A DNA stretch of 64,000 nt, taken from the NCBI GenBank assembly GCA_031371345.1, contig JANMJM010000127.1:133-64132 (forward strand), read 5' to 3'. The DNA is from Vicinamibacteria bacterium (GTDB taxonomy: Bacteria > Acidobacteriota > Vicinamibacteria > Vicinamibacterales > JAMQPK01). Positions 52,660 through 60,175 of this stretch are shown here, piece by piece (position 1 is the first letter of the stretch; every line of letters begins with the position of its first letter). The position numbers and the translations under genes were made by a program. Below the pieces are notes generated by a model, which did no database searches, was not told the DNA's origin, and saw nothing but the letters and a program-made list of their open reading frames with translations.

Positions 52660-53622
52660 ATGCAGACGATGATGAACAGGACACGGGATCAGATGAGACG
52701 GTTGTGGAACGCCGACGCGCCTCTCACGGGCGCCAGTATGCTGATGCTGGCCGCTTTGGCGCTTGCCGTTTTTGGCCTGGCAGTCGATCCGCGGACGATC
52801 ACGGGCATGCCGGCATGGATGAAGCCGGCGAAGTTCGCGGTGTCGACCGCGATCTTCATGACGACCCTGGCATGGATCTTCGGCTACCTGCCGTCCTGGG
52901 TGAGGATGCGACGAATCGTCGGCCGGGCGGTCGCCTTCATCTTATTACTCGAGGTCGCCATCGTTTACCTCCAGGCGTGGCGCGGCACAACCAGCCACTT
53001 CAACGCGGGAACGCCGCTGGACACCACGCTCTTCGCCGTGATGGGCATTGCCATCGGGATACAGACCGCTCTCAGTGCGGTTGTCGCGATCGCGTTGTGG
53101 CGCCAGCCGTTCACAGACCGCGCGCTCGGATGGGCGCTGCGCCTCGGTCTCGCCATTTCGATCATCGGCGCGTCAACTGGTGGGCTCATGGTGTCGCCAA
53201 CCGCGGCCCAGATTGCCGAGGCGCGTATCACGCATCGGCTGCCGGTTTCCGGCGGGCATACGGTCGGCGCGCCAGACGGTGAGCCTGGCATCACCGGGCT
53301 TGGATGGAGTCGCGAGCACGGTGACATTCGTGTGCCCCATTTTCTCGGGCTTCACGCACTGCAATTTCTCCCACTCGTCGTCCTCGCAGCGGCGCGCAGA
53401 GGGCTGGCCGACGCTCAACGCGTCCGGTTGGCGTTCGTTGCGGCCGCGAGCTATTTCTCGCTGTTTGCGATCCTTCTGTGGCAGGCGCTGCGAGCTCAGT
53501 CGGTTCTCGGGCCCGACGCGACGACGCTGATCGCGCTGTCGATCTGGGCGGTGGTGACGATCATCATGTCGTGGACCATCGTCTCGCGGCACCCGGTCCG
53601 CTTGCATGTCATGGTGTATTGA
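52660..53622 (+). CDS. Hypothetical polytopic membrane protein
   Basis: 320 aa with about 8 hydrophobic segments and a strong SD (GAGGAG) 6 nt upstream. No family recognised. Confidence 0.65.
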   Translation: MQTMMNRTRDQMRRLWNADAPLTGASMLMLAALALAVFGLAVDPRTITGMPAWMKPAKFAVSTAIFMTTLAWIFGYLPSWVRMRRIVGRAVAFILLLEVAIVYLQAWRGTTSHFNAGTPLDTTLFAVMGIAIGIQTALSAVVAIALWRQPFTDRALGWALRLGLAISIIGASTGGLMVSPTAAQIAEARITHRLPVSGGHTVGAPDGEPGITGLGWSREHGDIRVPHFLGLHALQFLPLVVLAAARRGLADAQRVRLAFVAAASYFSLFAILLWQALRAQSVLGPDATTLIALSIWAVVTIIMSWTIVSRHPVRLHVMVY

Positions 53623-53627
53623 GGTGC

Positions 53628-54074
53628 ATGATGACAGCCAATACCGTCTTCTCGATCGTGAATCCCCTCGCGCTGCTCTCGTGGCTGCTTCTTATCGTGC
53701 TCCCTGGTCGGAGATGGGTGACTGAGATCGTGACGGGACTTGTCGTGCCTGCCCTGCTCGCAGTTGTCTACGTCGCCATCGTCGGCACGCACTTCTTTGG
53801 AAGTCCTGGCGGTTTTTCGTCGCTGCCGGATGTCGCATTGCTGTTCAGCAATCCGTGGCTGCTGCTCGCCGGCTGGGTTCACTATCTGGCGTTCGATCTT
53901 CTGATCGGCACATGGGAAACCCGAGATGCGCGCGAGCGCGGTGTGCCGCATCTCGTGCTGGTGCCCTGCCTGGTCCTTACGTTCCTTTTTGGCCCTGCAG
54001 GGTGGTTGCTGTACCAAGGGCTGCGCGCAGTTGGGGCGCGCCCTCGGTCCCGAACAGCTCAATCGATTGCATGA
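53628..54074 (+). CDS. ABA4-like / DUF4281 membrane protein
   Basis: The ORF runs 53478..54074 and the start is MMTANTVFSIVNPLALLSWLLLIVLPGRRW at 53628. There are four TM segments and WVHYLAFDLLIG. Confidence 0.75.
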   Translation: MMTANTVFSIVNPLALLSWLLLIVLPGRRWVTEIVTGLVVPALLAVVYVAIVGTHFFGSPGGFSSLPDVALLFSNPWLLLAGWVHYLAFDLLIGTWETRDARERGVPHLVLVPCLVLTFLFGPAGWLLYQGLRAVGARPRSRTAQSIA

Positions 54075-54455
54075 TCACATGCGTTGGATCGCCGCCTTTT
54101 CGAGCAGGATACGGTGTCCAATCTGGGTGTGCGAGGCCAACAGCGTTCCTTCCGGCAACTCGAGCACGCTGAAGCTCCCCTCACGGGGAAATCGGACACG
54201 CCATGGTCGAAGGCCGGCCACGGTGTCGACGACGCGTCCCACGGCGTTCAACACGATGATGTCGATCGTAAATCGCATGAACCAGGTATGAACGCCCCGG
54301 CACGGCACAATGAGTAGGCCATCGCCGGCGTCGAGATGATCGCGCGTCAGCAATCCCACGGCGCGCTCGAGCCTTCGCTTGGCGACGGTGACGCGGCGAG
54401 CGACGACGGCGTCGGTGTCGAGATTTTTCGCGACGAGCGTTTCTGATGTCGGCAT
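54075..54455 (-). CDS. DUF192 (COG1430) protein
   Basis: 126 aa: RAVGLLTRDHLDAGDGLLIVPCRGVHTWFMRFTIDIIVLNAVGRVV ... SVLELPEGT. It starts 4 nt after the stop of the 955-aa gene. Confidence 0.8.
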   Translation of the reverse strand: MPTSETLVAKNLDTDAVVARRVTVAKRRLERAVGLLTRDHLDAGDGLLIVPCRGVHTWFMRFTIDIIVLNAVGRVVDTVAGLRPWRVRFPREGSFSVLELPEGTLLASHTQIGHRILLEKAAIQRM

Positions 54456-54459
54456 ACGT

Positions 54460-57327
54460 TTAGAACGGCAGTTTCGCTTCAGTGGTTTGCTCGAACTTCA
54501 CGTCGACGGCGGTCCGCCGCTCGCCGCGGTCGGGATGCGACGCCGTGATTTCGTGAGTGCCGACAACGAGTGGAAGGAGCTCAGCGAACGGCGCCTTGCC
54601 TATCGGCTGTCCGTCGACGCTCACGTCGGTGCCGTCCGGAACGGAAATCTTCAGCGTGCCGGTCGGCAGCGACACTGTGTACGCCGTCACTTCTCCGGGC
54701 TTCACGATCAATGTCTCGTGCTGACGGAAATTGTACCGAGCGTTCACCATCTCGACTTGGTATGTGCCCGGAGCAATCATGAAGCGGCCATCTTCCGCCG
54801 GCGCCACCGTTGCGCCATTCAACTTGATGTCGAGCTTGATCGGCGCGAAGAGCGCCAGCCATCCTGAGAAAATCGCCTCAGATGCGAGCGTCGTCTGTCC
54901 GAGGCGCACCGTCACGCGCCTGATAATGGTGCCTGACCCACTATGCAGCACCAGGTTGTGCGAGCCAGGCTTCAGATTTGGGATCGTCTGAGGTGATTCC
55001 CCGCGGCTCTCGCCATCGAGCGTGATCTGGGCGCCGGCCGGTGTTGTTTCCACCCTCAACGTGCCGCCTTTCACTGGGGGCGCGACGACTTCACGCCGCC
55101 GAACCTCGGTGACGGTGCGTTGGGGAGCGGGCTGGGCGGTCGCCGGTGCTCGCCGCGCACCCGTGTCCATCCCGTTCATCACGACGACCACCAAGGCTGC
55201 GGCCACCGGAAGGCCCCACTTGATCCAACGGACGTAGTTGAACGGCGCCGCTTCCTCGTCTGCTCCCTGCGGACCTTCTGGTTCCGTCGCGTCGCCGCGA
55301 TGGGTGATTTTCTGCCAGAGGCTGTAGTAGTCGCGTCGCTCGCCGGAGAATTGCGCGGCGGCCACCTCGACTTCCGCGACTTCCGCGGGTTGTTCGAGGC
55401 GTAGGGCCGCTTGTTGTTGGAGGCGTAGCGGCGAATCTGCCTGGAGGCGTAGCGGTTGCTGTGGTCGCGCGATGAGCATCGGTGGCGGTGCTTCTGCCAC
55501 GGGAAATGAAATGACCTCGGCCGGCCGACGCGCCGATGCGGCGCGCGCCTGCTCTGCTACGGCGCGGGCTTCTTCCGCGGCTTGGCGTGCCTGCTCGGTT
55601 GCCGCCTGGCGCGCAGATGCGGCTCGCGCCTGCTCTGCGGCAGCACGGGCTTCTTCCGCGGCCTCCCGCGCCTGCTCGGTCGCCGCCTGGCGCATCTCGG
55701 CCATCTGCGTCCGTAGCTCGAGCAGCTGGACCGCTTGACGCTCCTGCGCCTCGGCGCGCACGCGGGCGATTTCAGTTTCGAGAATGGTGTCGGCTTGAGA
55801 GCGCACGCGGGCGATCTCGGCGGCGAGCGTCTGCCGGGCAGCGTCTTCAGCAATCGCCCGCGCCTCTCGCGCGGCGTGCTCACGAATCTGTTCCGCGGTT
55901 TCTTTCGCGTGCGATTGATCGGCGGCGCGCGCGCGCTCGGCGTCCTTGCTGATGCGCTCGAGCTCGGACTTGAGATGCGCGTCGGCTTGCGCGCGAACCT
56001 GGGCCACTTCGGCTTCGAGGGTGCGCGCGGTTTCCGTCGCCTCGTCCTGCACTCGCGTCAAGTCGGCGCGCAGCGCCTCGGCGTCCTGCCGTGCGCGGCC
56101 AATTTCCTGGCTGAGCGTGCGCTCGGCTTCGATCTTCACTCTGTTCACCGCTTCGGCGACTGTGCCTTCCGCCTCCGACCGTACGCGCGCGACTTCCGAC
56201 GCAAGAGCACGCCGTGTCTCCTCCTCCGCTGCCGCTCGCGCATCGGCGATCGCGGCTTCGCGCATTGCATCCGAGTCGGCTTGGAGCCGCGCGAGCTCGG
56301 CGAGGCGACGCTCTTCGGCCTCGGCACGAACACGTTCAAGTTCCCTCGCCAGGTTGGCTTCGGTCTCGGCCTGGACGAGCGCCACTTCAGCGGCCATCCG
56401 TTCGGCCGATTCCTCGTTCTGCACGTCGACCAGCCCCGCCTCGAGACTCAGGCCCAAATCGCGCGCGAGCTGATCGAGATCGCTTTTGCCGGGTTCGGCA
56501 TTCACAGGCGCGGCGGTGAATCGTTCCGACGCCCATGGATCGGCGAACGCTACCGGCTCGATGTTGGTGTTCGGAACGGGCGCGTTGAACACAGATGAGG
56601 TATCAGGAGATTCATTGTGCGAGACCTGGTTCACAGGCGCTGCGGTGAACCGTTCTGTCGACCAAGGATCGGCGGCGCGCGGTTGGTCGAGGACACTCGA
56701 TGGTTCAGCCACGGGTTCGCCGGGCTCTGGCGTCCATGCCGCCGGCTCGGGCGTCCAGGTCGCCGGCTCCGGTGCCCAAGCTGCCGGCTCGGGTGCCGAC
56801 GCGACGGGCTCGGGTGTCCAAGGTTCAGGTTCGGCCGTCCAAGGCTCGGGCTCCGGATTCACCTCCGCTGTTGGCGCATTAATAAGGGTGGGGTACTCGC
56901 GGGTTCGCACTGGCCGGTTTCGTAATTCGGCTGCGCGCTCCAAGTGGGTCGCGACCTCTTCGGCGAAGACCGCCGGGTCGCAACCCGTGGGCGCCGCGGT
57001 CTCTTTTTTTTTCTTCCGGAAGCTGAAGCCCCCGGTCTTCCCCCCCGACGAAGACGACTTGCCCGACGATTTTCGCAATTGCGGAATCGTCAGCGTCTGA
57101 AGATGTGAGGCGCCGTCGAGCGATCGCAGATACGTCATCAACCGGTCTTCATCGCGGGGCGACAGCAAGGCCGTCACAAGGATAACGTCCGGCACCTGTC
57201 GGTCGATGGTCTCGATAGCGGCGTCGATGGACGGCACCAGAACGAGCTCCGCTCCAAGGCGCTTCTGCATCGTCCGCAGAAGATTTGCCTGGTTTGTATC
57301 TGGCTCGACCAGCAACACGACGCTCAT
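54460..57327 (-). CDS. 955-aa receiver-like / acidic-repeat / coiled-coil / single-TM / PEGA-domain protein
   Basis: The N-terminal CheY-like fold is MSVVLLVEPD...PDVILVTALLSP. It is followed by (PEPxxW)n, a long A/E/R/Q coiled coil, a TM segment WIKWGLPVAAALVVVVMNG, and C-terminal PEGA units (LRVETTPAGAQITLDGESRG; LKISVPDGTDVSVDGQPIG). Confidence 0.85.
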   Translation of the reverse strand: MSVVLLVEPDTNQANLLRTMQKRLGAELVLVPSIDAAIETIDRQVPDVILVTALLSPRDEDRLMTYLRSLDGASHLQTLTIPQLRKSSGKSSSSGGKTGGFSFRKKKKETAAPTGCDPAVFAEEVATHLERAAELRNRPVRTREYPTLINAPTAEVNPEPEPWTAEPEPWTPEPVASAPEPAAWAPEPATWTPEPAAWTPEPGEPVAEPSSVLDQPRAADPWSTERFTAAPVNQVSHNESPDTSSVFNAPVPNTNIEPVAFADPWASERFTAAPVNAEPGKSDLDQLARDLGLSLEAGLVDVQNEESAERMAAEVALVQAETEANLARELERVRAEAEERRLAELARLQADSDAMREAAIADARAAAEEETRRALASEVARVRSEAEGTVAEAVNRVKIEAERTLSQEIGRARQDAEALRADLTRVQDEATETARTLEAEVAQVRAQADAHLKSELERISKDAERARAADQSHAKETAEQIREHAAREARAIAEDAARQTLAAEIARVRSQADTILETEIARVRAEAQERQAVQLLELRTQMAEMRQAATEQAREAAEEARAAAEQARAASARQAATEQARQAAEEARAVAEQARAASARRPAEVISFPVAEAPPPMLIARPQQPLRLQADSPLRLQQQAALRLEQPAEVAEVEVAAAQFSGERRDYYSLWQKITHRGDATEPEGPQGADEEAAPFNYVRWIKWGLPVAAALVVVVMNGMDTGARRAPATAQPAPQRTVTEVRRREVVAPPVKGGTLRVETTPAGAQITLDGESRGESPQTIPNLKPGSHNLVLHSGSGTIIRRVTVRLGQTTLASEAIFSGWLALFAPIKLDIKLNGATVAPAEDGRFMIAPGTYQVEMVNARYNFRQHETLIVKPGEVTAYTVSLPTGTLKISVPDGTDVSVDGQPIGKAPFAELLPLVVGTHEITASHPDRGERRTAVDVKFEQTTEAKLPF
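55528..55689 (-). repeat. 2 x 81-bp in-frame tandem repeat inside the 955-aa gene
   Basis: aa 547-573 QAATEQAREAAEEARAAAEQARAASAR is followed directly by aa 574-600 QAATEQARQAAEEARAVAEQARAASAR. Confidence 0.85.
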
Positions 57328-57328
57328 A

Positions 57329-57601
57329 TCAGGTCCTCAACATCGCGACGAACAGAAGACATGCCGCCACGAGAAACGCAAAAAGGTAAACGTTGTCGCT
57401 GGCATACCCCGAGGTCACCGCAATGATCGAGTCGACCGTATGGCTGACAACGGCGCTTCCCGTTTCCCACTGCTGGTTCGTAATGCCGCCCGTCACTTCC
57501 CCGGCGCGTTCGCGTACGCGGGGATTGATCGAGACCATCATGACGAGCAGCGCGGTAAGCGCTCCGAGCGCAATCGCGGTGTCGCGGAATTTTTTCTTCA
57601 T
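57329..57601 (-). CDS. Small two-TM membrane protein, first gene of the divergent operon
   Basis: The ORF runs 57329..57724, with likely start MKKKFRDTAIALGALTALLVMMV at 57601 (or 57613). A second TM is VYLFAFLVAACLLFVAML. Its stop is 1 nt from the start of the 955-aa gene. Confidence 0.6.
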   Translation of the reverse strand: MKKKFRDTAIALGALTALLVMMVSINPRVRERAGEVTGGITNQQWETGSAVVSHTVDSIIAVTSGYASDNVYLFAFLVAACLLFVAMLRT

Positions 57602-57985
57602 GACGTGACTCATTACATGACTCGCGCGCAACTCTGGTACGCGCAGAACCCCTTTCGCAAGCGCCGTGCCTGTCGTGTCGTACTGATCATGTGTTTTGGA
57701 ACACAGCTTTCTTCTGGCAAACATTGCTGTTGTCGCGCGCGTGTGCTGTTTTGATCGCCGTCGTGCCGCAGGGCCATGGACAATTCATGCACTTCGGTTA
57801 CGAAATTGGCAGGGGCGACCGCGTGCAATTCCCACCGATCAGTTCGGTCTTCGTACTACCAACTTTGTCGAGTCGGGCGTGTGCTGCTTCAAGCCACGGT
57901 ACGCGCTCGAACCGGGTGGTGGTCGCACCGTAACTGGTTCGCCGCTCTGCTAGTTACGCCATTCTGATACCACAAATTACTCGCG

Positions 57986-58000
57986 TGGTACGCCGGTTGC
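57986..58000 (+). promoter_or_regulatory. Sigma54-type -24/-12 promoter candidate upstream of flp
   Basis: TGGTACGCCGGTTGC compared with consensus TGGCACG-N4-TTGC (one deviation, canonical GG/GC spacing). It lies 58 nt upstream of the flp ATG. Confidence 0.5.
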
Positions 58001-58057
58001 GTTATGACCGCCCGAACGCGCAAAGCCACCGTGGCAGCGCAACCTAAGGAGGAAGAA

Positions 58058-58243
58058 ATGGTGTACCTCGTTTCACTCGTCAACTGGCTTCACCGAGAGG
58101 AAGACGGACAGGATCTTCTCGAATACGCGCTGCTTGTGGCGTTGATCGCCCTGGTGGCCGTCGGAGCCGTGACGGCAGCTGGCGTGCGCGTCGACGCGAT
58201 CTTCAAGGCCGTTGTCGCCGCGATTCCGTTGCCCGCCGCCTAA
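58058..58243 (+). CDS. flp: Flp/Fap-family type IVb pilin
   Basis: The ORF runs 58004..58243. ATG 58058 is preceded by TAAGGAGG. The 61-aa product has the Flp motif EEDG-QDLLEYALLVALIALVAV. Confidence 0.88.
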   Translation: MVYLVSLVNWLHREEDGQDLLEYALLVALIALVAVGAVTAAGVRVDAIFKAVVAAIPLPAA

Positions 58244-58266
58244 GACTGCGTAGCCAGCACTCGCGA

Positions 58267-58296
58267 AGTGGGCGTTGCCTTCGGGCAACGTCCACT
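58267..58296 (+). promoter_or_regulatory. 13-bp stem / UUCG-tetraloop hairpin just after flp
   Basis: AGTGGGCGTTGCC TTCG GGCAACGTCCACT (one G-U). There is no U-tract. It sits between flp and cpaA. Confidence 0.65.
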
Positions 58297-58317
58297 GCGC
58301 CCTGCGGGATCGCATCA

Positions 58318-58830
58318 ATGGTGGGAGCACTCTCGAACGCCGTCGTGTTCGCGACGTTATGTGCAGGCGTCGGCACCGCGGCGGTGATCGACGTCCGGCA
58401 TCGGCGGATTCCTAACGTGGTTTGTGCCACGACAGCCATCGCGGGAATCACGTTCGCAGCAACAGGTGTTAGCCAAATTACCGTGGCCTCGTCGGCGATT
58501 GGGTTGGTCATCGGGCTCGTGATGATGCTGCCGGGCCATCTGTTCGGCGCCACTGGAGCCGGTGACGTGAAGTTATTCGGCGCTGCGGGCGCACTGCTCG
58601 GCGCCGGACGAATCTTGCCCGCGTTCTTTTTTATGGCGATCGCCGGCGGCGTGCTGGCCGTCTTCATCGCCTGGCAGCGCGGCAGACTTCGACAGACCAT
58701 GCGGCACACCGCACAACTGGCCGGGGGAAGTGCCGACGCAAAGGCGGCAATCGAGTCGCCGCGCACGAATAACAGATTTCCTTATGGCCCGGCCATCGCG
58801 GTCGGCAGCGTGCTCGCGGCGCTGATGTAG
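58318..58830 (+). CDS. cpaA: Prepilin peptidase CpaA/TadV (A24 family)
   Basis: 170 aa: AAVIDVRHRRIPN ... GAGDVKLFGAAGALLG. Confidence 0.88.
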   Translation: MVGALSNAVVFATLCAGVGTAAVIDVRHRRIPNVVCATTAIAGITFAATGVSQITVASSAIGLVIGLVMMLPGHLFGATGAGDVKLFGAAGALLGAGRILPAFFFMAIAGGVLAVFIAWQRGRLRQTMRHTAQLAGGSADAKAAIESPRTNNRFPYGPAIAVGSVLAALM

Positions 58831-58839
58831 ATAGCAGAG

Positions 58840-59298
58840 ATGGATAAAGGAGACCGACCCATGCAACCTCGTCACGGCGAACGCGGAAATGCGCTCATTG
58901 AGACGGCCATCACGATGCCGATTCTTCTGCTGCTGATGGTCGGCATCTTCGAGATCGGCCGCGCGTACGAAACGTGGCAGGTGCTGACCAACGCGGCGCG
59001 CGAAGGCGCGCGCATGTCGGTCACGCCAGACAACAACGCGGCGACGACGACGGCGAGGATACGGCAATACATGGCGGACGGCCAGCTCCCAAAATCGGCG
59101 CAGGCCACAGTGGACGTGAATACCGCGGGAACCATGGTCGTGAACGGGCTGACCGTCGGTGTGTCGAAGATCACCGTCGACTATCCGTTCGAATTCATCA
59201 TGTTGCAGCCGGTCGCCCGGCTCGTCGTGCCGGGCACGGCCACCGGGGCAGCCATCACCATGCGCGCGACCGCGCTAATGCGTAACGAATCACAGTAG
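58840..59298 (+). CDS. tadE: TadE-like pilus assembly protein (pseudopilin)
   Basis: 152 aa: GERGNALIETAITMPILLLLMVGIFEIGRAY, the TadE N-terminal motif. Confidence 0.8.
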   Translation: MDKGDRPMQPRHGERGNALIETAITMPILLLLMVGIFEIGRAYETWQVLTNAAREGARMSVTPDNNAATTTARIRQYMADGQLPKSAQATVDVNTAGTMVVNGLTVGVSKITVDYPFEFIMLQPVARLVVPGTATGAAITMRATALMRNESQ

Positions 59299-59320
59299 TT
59301 CAAGAAAAAAAAGAGGCCCT

Positions 59321-60175
59321 ATGACTCGCATGCGGATTTTGACTGTGTTTCTCGTGGCGCTCATCGCTGGAGGCGGACTGGCAGCTGGCACCTACAGCTA
59401 CCTGCAGAACGTGCCGGTGAAGACGGTCACGGTGCCGACCCGGCCGGTGGTCGTCGCCAACGCGAACCTCTCGCTCGGCAGCGAGCTGCGCGCCGACGAT
59501 CTCACCACAATTGACTGGCCGACGAGCGCTGTTCCGGAAGGCGCATTTGACAGCGTCGCTGCGCTGGTCGGCCGCGGTCTAATCGCGTCGGTCGTCCGCC
59601 ACGAGCCCGTCCTTCCTGGAAAACTTTCGTCGAAGGAAGCGGGCAGCGGCCTGCCGCCAATTATTCCCGAGGGGAAACGCGCGCTGTCGGTGAAGGTGAA
59701 CGAAGTGATCGGTGTCGCCGGCTATGTGCTCCCGGGCACGCACGTTGACGTGCTCGCGACGGCCAACGCGAGCAACCGCGCGGAAGACATGACGTCGAAG
59801 GTTGTTCTGTCGAACGTCCAGGTGCTCACCGCGGGCACGCGCCTCGAGCAGGAGACGAAAGACAGCAAGCCGGTGCAGGTGACCGTCGTCACCCTGCTCG
59901 TGACGCCGGAGGAAGCCGAGCGGTTGACGCTCGCCAGCACCGAAGGCCGAATTCAACTCGCACTGCGCAATCCGATGGACCTCGGATCTCCCGAGACGCC
60001 AGGCATTCGGCCAGGCATGCTCCTTGGCAACGTTCAGCAAACTAGAGCCGCGTCCCCGTCCCCGATCAAACGGGTGACGACGGTCTCGAAACCGGCGGCG
60101 CCTGTTACCCAGCCGGCCGCACCCACTGTCGAAATCATCCGCGGCGACAAGCGCGTCTACGTCACCGTTGGATAG
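59321..60175 (+). CDS. cpaB: Flp pilus assembly protein CpaB/RcpC
   Basis: 284 aa with an N-terminal TM, a SAF-like domain (VVVANANLSLGSELRADDL) and an RcpC beta-domain. Confidence 0.88.
   Translation: MTRMRILTVFLVALIAGGGLAAGTYSYLQNVPVKTVTVPTRPVVVANANLSLGSELRADDLTTIDWPTSAVPEGAFDSVAALVGRGLIASVVRHEPVLPGKLSSKEAGSGLPPIIPEGKRALSVKVNEVIGVAGYVLPGTHVDVLATANASNRAEDMTSKVVLSNVQVLTAGTRLEQETKDSKPVQVTVVTLLVTPEEAERLTLASTEGRIQLALRNPMDLGSPETPGIRPGMLLGNVQQTRAASPSPIKRVTTVSKPAAPVTQPAAPTVEIIRGDKRVYVTVG

Noticed and set aside
57602-57985. Small ORFs in the 456-bp flp upstream region (57691..57933, 57696..57953, 57776..57967, 57613..57828)
   Set aside because: They overlap each other in different frames, lack SD sequences and have implausible composition. 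The region is treated as a regulatory intergenic region.
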